Source of the DNA: Podarcis melisellensis | Taxonomy: Eukaryota | NCBI GenBank assembly: GCA_964234715.1 | Contig: OZ174280.1 | Direction: 5' to 3' (one strand) | DNA length: 64,000 nucleotides | Shown: piece by piece, positions 15,201-27,599 of the stretch | Position numbering within the stretch: the first letter of the stretch is position 1 | Layout of the letters: every line of letters starts with the position of its first letter | Notes under the pieces: model-generated | Seen by the model: the letters and a program-made list of their open reading frames with translations, nothing else | What the model was told of the DNA's origin: nothing | The model's database searches: none | Made by a program: the position numbers and the translations under genes

Positions 15201-18200
15201 CTGCCTTCCAGATTTTGTGCCTGAAATTCAAAGTATTAAAACTACTGTTCATTTATAAGTGACCTTTTGAGAGTTACTTTCCAAGTAGAGTAGTATGCTA
15301 ATAGCATGCTATGTGCAAATGTGTCTGTATTAGAACTCCCTACAACATTTTTGTTTTTTACAAAAGCAACTTTAGGAGGGGTCAGTTTGGAGCAGAGAAG
15401 TGGGGTGTGTGTACTTAATGCTTCAACACAAGAGAGATGGGTGGCTTCCACATGAACTGGTGCTGCTTCCACATGCAAGTTTTTCAGTGTTCACATGTCG
15501 CCATCTTCTTCAAAATACCCAGGAGGTTCCGGTTCTCTCTTCTGTTTTGTATATATAAAGGTTCTGTGTGCCACTCTACAATTCTATGATTTTATATTAT
15601 TGTGATTCTGGGAGAAAGCAAATCACAAGGTACTTACTTTTGAGTAGACATACATCAGATTGTGATGTGCCTTTTTAGTAAGAGTTGCAGGACAACCTAT
15701 CCCCACACAATTTGTGTGGCTAAAGCCATGCTCCTTTAAGCCCTTCTGTGTCAATCTGAGTACATCTAAAGCAAGCAGACGCATAAGCTAAATGACACAC
15801 AAATATTCTTCAGCTTTCACACCTTTGTTTTTGATTTGCAAATTACCCAGCTTGCCCGACTGACATGGTGGACTAGACACAGCAAAACAGATGAAAAAGA
15901 CTTGGAGAGCCACACCTGCCCAAGCACAGAGATGATTTCCTCCAAGAGAGAGAATGATGTAGATACTGTTCAGTCAGAGAATGGAGATTTAGTATGTAAA
16001 GAGCATGGAGGTATGTTACCTGTTTTCTCCTTCCAGTTGTATATTTTTGTGTGCGCACAATATACATAGAACATCCAGGGTCCATCAAAGCCAATAGATG
16101 GCTAGAAAGCTTGCTCCATAACCTTGTGTCCTCTCAGTGGCGTAACGTGGGTTGTCAGCACCCGGGGCAAGGCAAGTAATTTGTGCCCCCTAACCCGTGG
16201 ATTTGTGCCCCCTAACCCATGGATTTGCGCCCACTAACCCTAACCCCCAGATGTTGTGCCCGGTTCAGCCAGCCCCCCTGCACCCCCACACTACGCCACT
16301 GTGTCCTCTGCTTAGTATAAGTGGTTTGCCAAACTAGACACACCATGGTAGATAGGTGTAACTTTCTGCTCATGTTATAATGTATTGTACTTTTTCCTGA
16401 TTTTATGGTTGTATCTTTTTGTAAACTGCTTTGAGGGTTTTAAAATCAAGCAGTGTATAAATTTTATGAAATAAATAGAGAGCTAATGTTCCTAGAAATT
16501 AGCCGAATCTATGAGCATCATAGGTTTTGGTTTTTGCAGCAACATGTGCCAAATTCTACAAAAACTGATCAGTGTAGCATTCAATAAGGTACATTTTATA
16601 ATGCCCCCCCATGACTGTTGTTCTTTAAGAGGCCTATTTTGAAACATTTTCCTTTGATGTGTAACATTTCTCCACTAAAATGAGGGAAACCAAAGATTGG
16701 AAAGCTTAATTGGACTTTTGGTCAGAGGAGTTACTCTTTTACAAGTTCACAGCACTGCAATGTTATCTTCTGGCAGCAATTTGAGAGCAGAAAAAGGAAA
16801 CCCAGTGGTTGCAACTTGAAAGTTGGATGGATGTAAAGTGTTGTGTTTAGCTGGAATAATCATCATTCATTATCACAAAAAGATCTTGCATAAAATGTTT
16901 TAGTCATTTTCATACAGAATGTGAGAGTCAGCTCAGTGAGGAGATGCCACAAATATTTGTTTAGGATTAAAGCCATTCTCCTTGCCTCTCAGTCTAATCC
17001 GCAGGTATAATGGGAAACAACAACAAAGCAGCTTAAAAACCAATAAATGTATTATGACATGAACTTCTGACAAAATAGACTGCAATCCACTGAAGTATAA
17101 ATCAAAGCATAATAAATTAATTTGGCCACATCCACACCATACATTTAAAGCACATTTAACATGCATTTAAGACACACTGATTCCCATAAGGAACCCTGAG
17201 AAGTGTGATCTCTTAAAAGGTAAAGGTACCCCTGCCCGTACGGGCCAGTCTTGCCAGACTCTGGGGTTGTGCGCCCATCTCACTCAAGAGGCCAGGGGCC
17301 AGCGCTGTCCGAAGACACTTCCGGGTCACGTGGCCAGCGTGACATCGCTGCTCTGGCGAGCCAGAGCTGCACACGGAAACGCTGTTTACCTTCCCGCTAG
17401 AAAGCGGTCCCTATTTATCTACTTGCACCCGAGGGTGCTTTCGAACTGCTAGGTTGGCAGGCGCTGGGACCGAGCAACGGGAGTGCACCCCGCCGCGGGG
17501 ATTCGAACCGCCGACCTTTCGATCGGCAAGCCCTAGGCGCTGAGGCTTTTACCCACAGCGCCACCCGCGTCCCGTGATCTCTTAAGGGTGCTGGAAATCC
17601 AAGCTCCGTGAGGAGTAAACAGCAGTTCCCAGGTTCATTGTGGGGGCGCCGTGTGCTTTAAATGTATGGGGTTGTATCCAGCACAGCTAAAGGTCACTTA
17701 GCAGTATACTTGCTCCACTGGTGAAATGTTTTGTACCAGTAGAACATTGTCGCAAGAGAGAATGCATAGCAGATTGCACAAAAATTTGCTTATGCAATCT
17801 GTTGCATTGGATTCTTCTTCTGCACAACATTTAAACTCACACTTGCACTAGCAGACAGAACATTGGATAAAGCCTGTGGCCTTTAAGGTGCCACAACACT
17901 TTGTTGTTTTTGCTGCATTTGTTGAAAATTGTTGCATAGCAAGTAAAATGGGATAACGTTTACAAAGCCCCCTCCCCAAATCCTTGGATTTTCTAACTTG
18001 GCTGAATTCCCACCCTTTGCTCAGAGCTGTTGGATTTACCTTCATCAAAGTGTTCCTTTTAGAGCTCATTGTCCTATATCTTTGTACAAAGATGGGGAAA
18101 CTGTGGTCATGCATATGCTGTCGAGCTCCAACTACCATCTGCCCCAGACATCATGGCCAATAGTCAGAGATGATGGGAGCAACATCTGGAGGATAACAGG

Positions 18201-19698
18201 TTCCCTAGCTCTGCTTGGTGCCTATGGAATAACAGCTATGCTAGCCCACATGTTAAGTCCAGAACTGAGAAAAAAAGGCAGGGAATCAGGGAACCAGGAG
18301 ACAGGGGCACTATTATCCTCTGAAACTCCTTATTGTGGAGAGGTCCAAAGGAAACAGGTCTGGAAACCACTGTAAAACGAGACCAGACTTTTATCTGTGG
18401 GTCTGACAGGTAGTTTGATTCACATCCGAAGCAGCTGTTCAGCCTAATGTTGTTAATTATTTGTCACCTTTGTTTTCACATGAACTAAACTCATCTGTCC
18501 TTGCATCTGTTTGTAAACAGCTATCCTGAAGATGAGGTTATTAGCACTGACGGCAAAGGAAATGTAACATCCTTCATGCAAAAGCATAATGAGGCTCTGT
18601 GTGTGTGTGTTTATGCCATTTTAGTACCTCAAAGGGCTGAATTTGGAAAAATAAGTGGGAAAGATATAAGATATAAGGGTTTCCTTCTGTTTTATATCTG
18701 GTCTGTTCTACCATGAGAGATGAAGAGGTTCAACAGGTGAAGTGAAGCTTTCCCTAGCAGGCAGATGTTATTAAAGGCACAGGAACTGAGAAAGACAGGG
18801 TAACAATGCTATGCACACACACGTCATATTAACCAACAGATCTCATTTGCTGGAGGGACTTCACAGAAGGAAAGCAGGACAACAAAGCAAGAGCTTCTGT
18901 ACTTCACGGCTTAGCATCCAGGAGCAAGGGCTTTACTTGTGTTCACTAGTAAGGTCCTTCTAACAGTGCACCCAATAGTACTGGTTCCCATTCATTATGA
19001 AGTGTCCATGGGATCTAAATGCTGCTTCTTGGTAGCCTCAATAGTTAGGCTATAGCAGTGAGAGCCAAACTTGGCCCTCCAGCTGTTTTTGGACTACAAC
19101 TCCCATCATCCCTAACAGGACCAATGGCCAGGGATGATGGTAATTGTAGTCCCAAAACAGCTGGAGGGCCAAGTTTGGTCATCAGTGGGCTATAGTCTAG
19201 AAGTGGGAGCCAATGCTGGAGTTCAGGGGATTCAAGCCACCTGGGGATTGGGGTAGTACATTGACCAGCAGTATAATGTCCTATTGGCTCCAGTAACCAG
19301 TGCAGTAGCCATGTTGTACTTCGGAGTTGGGGAACCTGTGTGAGTTCGTGACTCTCCCATACTTCATCTGTCTCTGTCATAAAGTTACCGCATCCTGCTA
19401 AAACTGTAAAATACCAGTAAGTTGTTCATATAAAGTCACACAAAACATTAAAAAACCCACACTGTTTTCCTCATTTTTTCCCCATTCAGGAGTGAAGCAT
19501 CCTTGCTGGAAGAAAGTGTTTTTCTGGTTCTGTGGGATTTCCACTGACCCCAAGCCCACTTTAACCAGAGAAGAGGAAGCGGCGCTTGAAAAGAAACTCA
19601 CCAGCATCAAGGAAGAGCCAGTGTGGAAGGCTGTTTGCAATGCCAATGCTGTAGCTCTCTTGGCTATTAACATCTTCTTATGGGGATACTTTGGATGA
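3080..19698 (+). CDS. SLC5A9: Sodium/glucose cotransporter 4 (SGLT4), exons 4-14; 5' exons lie upstream of the window
   Basis: 11 GT-AG exons joining in frame: 3080-3244, 4344-4449, 5616-5696, 6368-6573, 7065-7200, 7624-7731, 7874-8024, 8808-8976, 11854-12069, 15851-16010, 19490-19698. Peptides such as [49 protein letters not shown] and [13 protein letters not shown] match SLC5A9 as recalled; ATW..FTKIS is one exon; tail-to-tail with SPATA6 as in human. Confidence 0.92.
4344..4449 (+). CDS. SLC5A9: SLC5A9 exon 5 (TDIFSG...YTIA)
   Basis: ttccag|ACA...G|gtaact, 106 nt. Confidence 0.93.
5616..5696 (+). CDS. SLC5A9: SLC5A9 exon 6 ([12 protein letters not shown]...)
   Basis: cacag|GT...G|gtgaga, 81 nt. 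Confidence 0.93.
6368..6573 (+). CDS. SLC5A9: SLC5A9 exon 7 (FDKVGWY...WCTDQ)
   Basis: ttttag|GC...CAG|gtaaag, 206 nt. Confidence 0.93.
7065..7200 (+). CDS. SLC5A9: SLC5A9 exon 8 (VIVQRSL...ALYP)
   Basis: tttcag|GTA...G|gtaagc, 136 nt. Confidence 0.93.
7624..7731 (+). CDS. SLC5A9: SLC5A9 exon 9 (EVGCVDP...LMPV)
   Basis: ctccag|AT...G|gtaagg, 108 nt. Confidence 0.93.
7874..8024 (+). CDS. SLC5A9: SLC5A9 exon 10 (LRGLMIAV...MIVG)
   Basis: cttag|GA...AG|gtcctt, 151 nt; weak donor. Confidence 0.9.
8808..8976 (+). CDS. SLC5A9: SLC5A9 exon 11 (VFVLILV...INEP)
   Basis: ttgcag|G...CCA|gtaagt, 169 nt. Confidence 0.93.
11097..11453 (-). mobile_element. Sauria SINE, young copy
   Basis: Reverse complement of GGGA(C/T)GCGGGTGGC... 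head and (ACCTTT)n tail; flanking repeat TAAAATGTAGTA (TSD). Confidence 0.9.
11854..12069 (+). CDS. SLC5A9: SLC5A9 exon 12 (GAFWGL...PEEN)
   Basis: tcccag|GGA...AAT|gtaagt, 216 nt. Confidence 0.93.
15851..16010 (+). CDS. SLC5A9: SLC5A9 exon 13 (LARLTWWTR...)
   Basis: acccag|CTT...G|gtatgt, 160 nt. Confidence 0.88.
16135..16301. mobile_element. hAT-type MITE with internal tandem repeats
   Basis: CAGTGGCGTA...TACGCCACTG TIRs, 8-bp TSD TGTCCTCT, internal ATTTGTGCCCCCTAACCC repeats. Confidence 0.82.
17217..17573 (-). mobile_element. Sauria SINE, young copy
   Basis: Near-identical to the 11.1 kb copy; 12-bp TSD GTGATCTCTTAA. Confidence 0.9.
19056..19187. mobile_element. Palindromic hAT-type MITE
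   Basis: Related family; TSD GGCTATAG. Confidence 0.78.
19490..19698 (+). CDS. SLC5A9: SLC5A9 exon 14, coding part to TGA
   Basis: attcag|GA GTG AAG...GGA TGA; FWFCG...[13 protein letters not shown]...LWGYFG. Confidence 0.93.
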
Positions 19699-19980
19699 GC
19701 CCAGGATTGCCTTGCTGCAGTTAGAACAAGCACAGGCATCAACCGGAAGCTACAAGTTGCAATTCATCCAGCCGTGGACCTACACTGTGGTTTTAGCTGG
19801 TCCCCTTCTCTCAGTCTCCACCCCTATCAGTGATACCTTGACCTACCTCATTGGGTTGTTGTGAAGACACACGATAAAGTGATTTACACACCACAAGTCT
19901 AAAAAATATTTATTATTAATAGATGTTACTTTCCTCCAAAGCTCCATGCTTCTGAAAATGGTGAGACATCTTTATTTATA

Positions 19981-20236
19981 CAGTCATACCTCTGGTTGAA
20001 TGTGCTTCATGTTGAGCATGTTCAAGTTGCGCTCCACGGCAACCTGGAAGTAACGGAGCGTGTTACTTCTGGGTTTCGCCGCTCGCGCATGCGCATTCAA
20101 AATGACGTCACGCGCATGCGCAGAAGCAGCAAAAAGCAACACGTGCGTGCACAGATGTGCCGTCGCTAGTTACGTTTGCTTCTGGATGAGAACGGGGATC
20201 CAGAACAGATCCCGTTTGCATCCCGAGGTACCACTG
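19981..20236. mobile_element. Tc1/mariner-superfamily MITE
   Basis: TA-flanked, degenerate CAGTGGTACCTC-type inverted ends. Confidence 0.75.
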
Positions 20237-20299
20237 TATATAAAGTGGGGAAGAAGAACAACAGGGTAATTTTTAAAGCAAGAGATGCAATTAACATAC

Positions 20300-21150
20300 C
20301 TTCCGGTCAGTCTTATTTCTTGAATGGCATGTACTCAGGCTGCCAGTCAGTGTAGACAAAACGAAGCTAGATGGGGCAATTATGTGACTGGGTATAAGGA
20401 AGCTTCCTATGTTCCTATCCGCAGGTAAGCCTCAGAACAGGAAGCAGCTAATACCAAGAGTGCATTCATTATGCTCCTTTGGCAGCTGCCTATGCAGTGT
20501 TTAATTCAAAGGTCTGGCCAGGATGTGCTGCATGAATTGTGCTGAGAAACATAATGGGTTTTTGAATGCATTCAGGTGGGGTCGTTGGAAACAATGGAAT
20601 ATAAAACCCAGATTTCCATTCTGTTCCCAACCACTGATGGGCACCATCAGAACTAGCAGCACCAGAACTAGGCATCAGTTCAACCGAGTAGAACTGTTTA
20701 GAAGACCTATATGCAGTCTCATACTGTACAGACATACATGGGTCAGAGGCTCTGACTTACTAAAGAAACAAAAAAATTCCTTCCAGTAGCACCTTAGAGA
20801 CCAACTAAGTTTGCTATTGGTATGAGCTTTAGTGTGCATGCACACTTCTTCAGATAAATCACTAAAGAATGATTTTTTTCATGCTGGGACATTTCAAGAA
20901 ATGAGTTGTTAGCACTATAGAATTCATACTTGTGTGTGTGTGTTGAAAACAGATTGTGATAGAACAGCACTATCCTAGGTGCAGTGCGTTGCCTCAATTG
21001 TAATTGACGTGTAAGTCCCTTGGCAGCAGACATTTTTAATGATGTCAATGCATACTTTCTTATTAATCTTCCTTGCTAGGGCTGTGTCGATCAGCAAATG
21101 ATTATCATTCATTTTCCTGACAAATCTATCAAGGTCATTCATTATGGTTC
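20300..21150 (-). other. Endogenous bornavirus-like N (EBLN), decayed
   Basis: AHQWLGTEWKSGFYIPLFPTTPPECIQKPIM vs BoDV N [44 protein letters not shown] vs MDATLTIPVVAYE; LPHLASFCLH* vs FPNLASAAFYW; colinear. Confidence 0.75.
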
Positions 21151-21499
21151 CACACACAAAAAAAGAATCTTCTTTTAAACTAAGATTAATGACTTGCTGT
21201 TTTGTTGTCAGGCTGGCTGAGCAAGAGGAAATGAAATTAACAATGAACCCCTACAAACATGTCACTACACTAATTTATTGGGGAAATATTTTAAAATGTT
21301 ATCTGAAATATAGTGGGTTTAAAAAGAAAACCTGCTTCTATGGCACATTTTTAGTAATGTAAGCAAAAAAACCTCTACAAATTTGAGGAAGATGGGCATC
21401 AGATTTGCAAATCACTTTTCATCTTTTATGCACTACTCCCTATAAATTCTAAATATATAGAGGAGTTAATAAGATGACTTTCTCACCAATTAAGGCATT

Positions 21500-22970
21500 C
21501 ATCTTTATTACACTGCAATCCATTTTGTCCAACACCAAGAAAATCCTTCCATGCTCGTTCATTCAAATTTAAAAAGACTTTCAGCTGCTAGAGACCATTC
21601 AGATCAGATAATTACCTTCCATTTCCAGCCTGAAATCCTAAACTTTGTTCAGATTGTTATACTGGCAAACTACAATGGCACATTAAAAACAACACAGTAT
21701 TCTGGGATGTTTTCTTACAATGTTAGCAAGCACTAAATAGTATACAGCAGTAGTTTTCTTTAAATAGTTGAAAAACTCTTTTGTAAGAACAATTCCTTTG
21801 CTATGCAAGCACAACTGGGGTATGTGTGTGGCAGCGCTACACCACCACCTCATGTCAGGTGATGTCACACAACCATGTACCTAGGAACCCTGGCCCAGTC
21901 AGGTTTGTGAAACCTGCATGGGTGTTCAAAAATGTACATATTTTCATCTTACACACTGTATGGGTTTGTGGAGGTAACACCAGTGTACATGCAGCTGAAA
22001 GGGGATGCGGGTGGTGCTGTGGTCCAAACCACTGAGACTCTTTGGCTTGCCGATCAGAAGGCTGGCAGTTTGAATCCGCCCAACGGGGTGAGCTCCCATT
22101 GCTCTGTCCCAGCTCCTGCCAACCTAGCAGTTCGAAAGCACACCAGTGCAATTAGATAAATAGGTATCTCTGTGGTGGGAAGGTAAACAGCGTTTCCATG
22201 TGCTCTGGCTTCCGTCATGCTGTTCCATTGTGCCAGAAGCGGTTTAGTCATGCTGGCCACATCACCCAGAAAGCTATCTGTGGCCAAAGCTCGCTCCCTC
22301 AGCCTGAAGTAAGATGAGGGCTGCACCCCGTGGTTGCCTTTGACTGGACTTAACTGTCCAGGGGTCCTTTACCTTTTCGTTTTACACACAGCCGCCATCC
22401 TTGTTTTGGAAAGTGTGGCACTCTGCTAAGGCAAGAATTCTCAAGTGCAGAAGTGTCGCCTTCTCAGTTTGGCACAGCTAAGGAATTGGAAGTGAGTGGC
22501 AAAATCTCTCACTGTTGTTTAAAGGGCAGTTCCCACAAGTGGTCTGCTAACATGAGCGATATTACTGAGTGAACTGAGAGGTGACAAAATGCTACGTAGC
22601 TGTTGCAGAGCAATGGAAGCACTAGTGGGACAGAGGCAGTCACATTTCAGTAACTCAGTGCTGCTGAAACAGTTTAGCACAATGCGGTGGGGCAGGCAGC
22701 ACTGTCCCTAAGTATCGGCCACACTGAAACTGTTACGCTAGAGTTCTTATTGTCCAGAAGAAGAGAAAATCGACCTCTGTACAAGCAAAAAGATGGTCCC
22801 TGGTGAGATGGTGATTCCCATCTACCATAGTCTGCATTTAAGCAAGGAGATGGTGAAGAATGTGTATGATAGCTGCCAATGGAATTGATTCCAAGAGGTG
22901 GTTCCTCATCAACAGAGGCAAAAGCATTTTTCACTCTTTCTCTGTTGCCTGTGGGTTCTGTTCAAGCCAT
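21500..22970 (-). other. EBLN, decayed, split by a Sauria SINE
   Basis: DEEPP vs LYEPP; LLLDNK vs ALLDQS; RSILSPLSSL vs SSIFSHCCSL; EKATLLHL vs ETATLLQM; KEFFNYLKK vs KEFMDQIKL. Confidence 0.65.
22001..22377 (+). mobile_element. Sauria SINE
   Basis: GGGATGCGGGTGGTGCTGTGG head, CCTTTACCTTT tail. Confidence 0.88.
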
Positions 22971-23926
22971 TTTGTATTGTGTCTGGGCAAGACTTCATTG
23001 TCCACTGGGTCATTCATCTTATCACAATGATAAGACTGGGTTTAAAACTCAGTCGGAAAAAAACTACCCTACACATGTGTTACCACTGAAGTAGCAAGCA
23101 GACTTCAGAGATGTTGGGGCTTTTTACACAGAGGGCATAAGAGAAAGCACCAAACAACCCACACCAATTAAAAAAAATTAAACTGTTTATATTGCTGTAA
23201 CTGCCCTGGGATCTTCTAGTGAAGGGCAGGTAATAAATCTAACAATGATAATAATATTCTGCATGTAAAAGTACAAACAATTGCAGTACTCTTTAGAGGC
23301 TTCTGAAGATATTCTACTCTTCATACAAATAAACCACATAATTTTCTGCAGTGCTGAGACCTGCAGCAAATCAACTTGCTAAGCAAATATATTGCCCAAA
23401 GCTGCATTTTTTTTCAAAGAGAGACTCACTAGCTAAAGTCATGTAATTGCATAGAGACTTAACAGTGGTGTGGGAAAGGGAAGTTATGTCTCCAACACTT
23501 TTTAGGAGAGTATGTTTAATAGATGTTTATTAATTTTTCAAAAGTACAGAAAGGAGGAAGGCTTATCCTTTGCTATCTAGAGGCATAGGAAATGGGAAGA
23601 AACAAAGACAACTTTCTTTTAAAAATTACAGCTTGAATGTGGAGAAAAATACCGCTAGAAATATCACAAGATATTTTGTTCCAGTTTTTGCTGTGAATTG
23701 GTGGAGCTCCCTTGTTAGCAAATTAATGGAAACTCAAGCCACTTCTTTGGAATAACGTAATTACTGTTACGCCTTTTTAATTGTTGCTTAAAATGGGAGT
23801 CGTAAGGGAACCTTCAGCAATGAGTCCTGATCACTTACACGTGGGACTTGTAATCGCTTCTGTTGGTGCAACCGTTTACAACTGATGGGGACAGAAGCAC
23901 TGTGTTGGGACCGCCAGCAAACCACC

Positions 23927-25260
23927 ATTTTAGTTTTTTTGTTATCCTACAGCCATCATCTCTGAAGATTTACAGACAGGCATAAAACAGATTACTGTTA
24001 TAATTTCTTAGCGTCTGCAGGGCTAAAAAGTTTGGAGAACTTTAAAGGTTATTTGAGAGAGAGTGAACTGAAGTTCTGTTTAATATTGAGAAAAGGGAGG
24101 TGGCAGAAACTCAACTTTTAACTTTAAAAGCTCTGTTTTTCTAGTTGCCTTCTGACATTCATTTGCAGCGAGCCACACGTTTAAGTGCCTTGCTATTTGA
24201 TCCTCCAAATTCAGTGGAATGGGAATGTGTTTAGGCAGTATTAGCTCTGCATCGTGCCTTTGTGCAGTGTATGCACATCTTGAGATCTCAGAGTCTGCAC
24301 TGGAAGAGGCCAAATGGGCCACCATTACCAGTTTCTCTGGGAGGAGACCAAAGGTAGCCAAAGCAGAATGCAACATGAGTATACCATATTCCAGGCCTTC
24401 TAAAAGCTCATGCAGCTATTCCACATTTTTCTTGATGGTTAATGTAGTGCTCAATATGTAGCAAAGGAAGAACCCTGGAAAGGCAGATCTTGGGGTTTTT
24501 AGTGTATGGCTTCCAAAGGCCTTGAAGCTTTTCTCAGCCATGTGGACTAACAAGGATGAGCATTATTGGGAACACCCGAGGTAAATCGGCTGTGGATTAG
24601 AAGCATTCAGTCTCCAAAATTAGTGGTGCTGAGTGGTGTTTTCATTCCTGCACCAATGGCTATGCTGCCCTTTCAACGGCTTTGTTTTGGAATGGATTTT
24701 TAATCAGCAGATGGAACATGATCAAAGCCATGATGATAAATAAACTGCCTCCAATGGTGAAAATTTCAGCAAGGGAAACTTTTAACTTTCACGAAGACAA
24801 AAGACATCTGCTATCTTCTCTGTTTAAATCTCATCAAGGTATATAGAGCAGCACAGCAATTTAGAATCCATGCAACTTTCCAAATAGTATCTTAATCTCC
24901 AGCCCTTATTTCTGGTGTTAACAATAGAACATTCATTCACTTTTATACACTAAGCACAAGGCATAATTAAGAAAACAACTCTCGTGTGTATGCTAAGCCC
25001 CTGCCTTGATTGGCCAAATTATCTTAGATTATTTAGAATGCAAGACCCTGGAGCATCCTCCAGCAGTTTTTGTGTTTCTTTGCTATTTTATCTTCTGACA
25101 AGTTTCCCAAAATAGAAGAATGGGGTACAGTACAGTCGAGTTGCATTGCAGCCAAGATACTGCCTACACAAATGCCAGGGAGAGAAGCTAAATGAACCCC
25201 GAGCATATGGTGCTCTGCTGACAGAGCTAAGAAACCAGTTCTGCATGAGCAGCAAGGAAC
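23927..25260 (-). other. Near full-length EBLN, decayed, ending in an A-tract
   Basis: QSRQGLSIHTRVVFL vs QSRRDMFHTVTPSLVFL; AEIFTIGGSLFI vs SSIFSHCCSLLI; FPGFFLCYILSTT vs [24 protein letters not shown] vs ATLTIPVVAYEI; LNVWLAANECQK vs PNLASAAFYWSK; EMMAVG* followed by CAAAAAAA. Confidence 0.65.
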
Positions 25261-25399
25261 ATCTTGAAGCACACAAGACATATGTGTTTTAGGGAAAAGA
25301 TTGAAGTGTTTCATAATAGAAAAGGACAAAGTGAAATACAAGTGCTGCATAAAATTTTAATTAAAAACTGGTTTCACCCTTCAACGTGACTAGGCAATA

Positions 25400-27010
25400 T
25401 GCTTCACAGATGGATTTCGTATTTTAAGTATTATCCGCACCAAAAAAGTAAATGAGACAAATAAAGTCTTCAAAAATGCCACAGAGGCTAAGATGTATGT
25501 AAACACTAGATGATTGTGCAGAAAACAAGGCAGGCAAGGAAAGCAACCTTCTGTCAAATGTTTACTGCTGGAGAGTGGAGAAAGCCAGTTCACACAATTG
25601 CAGCCTTTGAATACTTTCATCCTGCTGAAGTCTTTCCCCACCCCAGGAGAGGACCAACTGACAACTGCCCTGTATTAATTTTATGCCACATAGATTAAAA
25701 TGGCAGCTGACGAATTAAAATATATCTGCCTATGAAGACTGAGTTCAGAACTGTAAAAATACAGAATCTTCAATATTAACATTGAACCAATTCAGTTTAA
25801 TTTCTTGTTTGATACTATCTAGAAACTTATTCTCAACCTCGCTGAAATGGGTATATTTACCTGTTTCCTTAAGAGTGATGTATATGGAAAGAACGCTACT
25901 GTTGCAACCTAAAATTAATGATTCCTGAGGTACAAACACCAAATACGTTTCTTTCTGGATAGCAATCTGCACAAAAAGTAAAGTGTGAAAAAAAACTTAA
26001 CAAGCAAGGATGGAGCTTTAAGAGAGCTCAGGAGTAATAGTCCAAGGGGTAGGGTCAAAAAACGCACATCACAAAAGGTATAGGTATCTAGACATCTTAC
26101 AAAAGTCATGACATTCCCAAAACTTCCAATCTAATGAGCAACCACTGGGGTGTCTAGCTGGTAACAGCCTCTCCAACTCCCTTTGTGGAACAAGTACGGT
26201 AATTATTACATCAAGAAGGTACATGGATGAAACAACCTGTATCTGTTGGGGAATCACACACACAATTTCAAACTACCAATCTGACTGATTTTGTTGGGTT
26301 TCTTTAAAAAATAAACTATTTTTAGATCAATGGGTATAGATCTTTTTTTAAAAAAAACAAGAAAAAAACAAGGGTGAAATGCCTCCAAAAAGAGGCAATA
26401 GGGACTGTTAACTACACAACTGCTACACGGCTGAAACAGGTACCACTTGATAGAAACCAAATTCCTGCGTCATAAACCCCCACTCTATTATTTTATATCA
26501 GGCCAATCCCAGATCAGAAAATGTAATTTAACAATTTCCACTGTACTAAATTGGAACTATGTAAGTCAATTCTCAGACTGTTAACTGCCTTAGCATTTAT
26601 TTACTTAGTAATTACTTTAACTTGAAGATATTTTGGCTTCAGGAAAAGAATCATTTATCTGATATTTTATCACAGGGGTGGGGAAACGTTTTTAGTTGGC
26701 AGGCCAGATTCTTATATCCCCAGTCCTGCCAAGCCAAATTCGATTGGTGGGCAGTCAGCTGCCAGCACAATGACATCAGATGATGCTATGCTTTGAAGCC
26801 ACAATCGTTGGGGTTTCAAAGCACAGCATGGTTTGTTTGAAAGTCCTTTTGCAAACAGCCCCATACTGCTCTTTCAACCTCTGACAATGAGAGGATCAAA
26901 GAAAAGTGCATGGCTGCTGGAAAAGGGGATTTCAAACCAAGAGTCTTGGTGCACCACAGAAAAAAACCAAGGTTGACTAAGGGGAGAAATGGAAACAAGA
27001 CAATATGCCA
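25400..27010 (-). other. Endogenous bornavirus-like G (EBLG), decayed
   Basis: LPLVNLGFFLWCTKT vs LPAVHTSCLKYHCKT; VWGCL vs VKGCL; DTYTFCDVRFLTLPLG vs [25 protein letters not shown] vs LLAWAAWL. Confidence 0.6.
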
Positions 27011-27599
27011 GTGTTTAGAATCAGGAGTGAGGAAAAGAAAATCAGCCTGCGGTTTACCATTCCTTCATGGGCAACCTTTTCAGGGTTGCATACCAATGGC
27101 AAAAGTTGGTGGAGAAATTGATCTAACACTTACCTTTGTATATTAGGCTACATTCCTGCCACATGAATACCTGAGGTTTCACACACAACACACATCCATC
27201 CTCCATTAGGACAAGCAAGTGTACTGTCACAATTCAAGGACACATTCCAGCCTAGCAAAAGTGTTCAAGGACAGCACAGTATAAAGTTGGTCAGTAGCCT
27301 GGGTCCTAAAAGCCTGATAGAGAGGCTTCAAGAGCTGCATTTGACCCAGGGCCTGAGGTTCGCATCCCATGCTCAAAGTTCCAGCTTCTTAACAGTGCTC
27401 CAGTAAAAATCTTCCTAGCACTTAACAAGAGTGATGCTTTCCAGAATATAATAGAATGTGCATGCCTAATTTTCTCTTCCAGTAGGAGCTGTGCAAAGTT
27501 AAACTCAAACCATCAGTACAAGCAGACCGTGTAAGTTTCAAACTGAAAGAACTAATAAAAGGAAACTTGGGAATCTTTGGCTCATTTATTTATTGTGAT

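Noticed and set aside
18521-18563. Cryptic SLC5A9 exon after ttgtaaacag
   Set aside because: Exons 13 and 14 already join in frame; no homology support
3080-19698. SLC5A1/SLC5A2 assignment
   Set aside because: [23 protein letters not shown] and the single ATW..FTKIS exon fit SLC5A9
25861-25966. Apparent extra minus-strand exon with good AG/GT sites
   Set aside because: No host homology or partner exons; lies inside the G-like element
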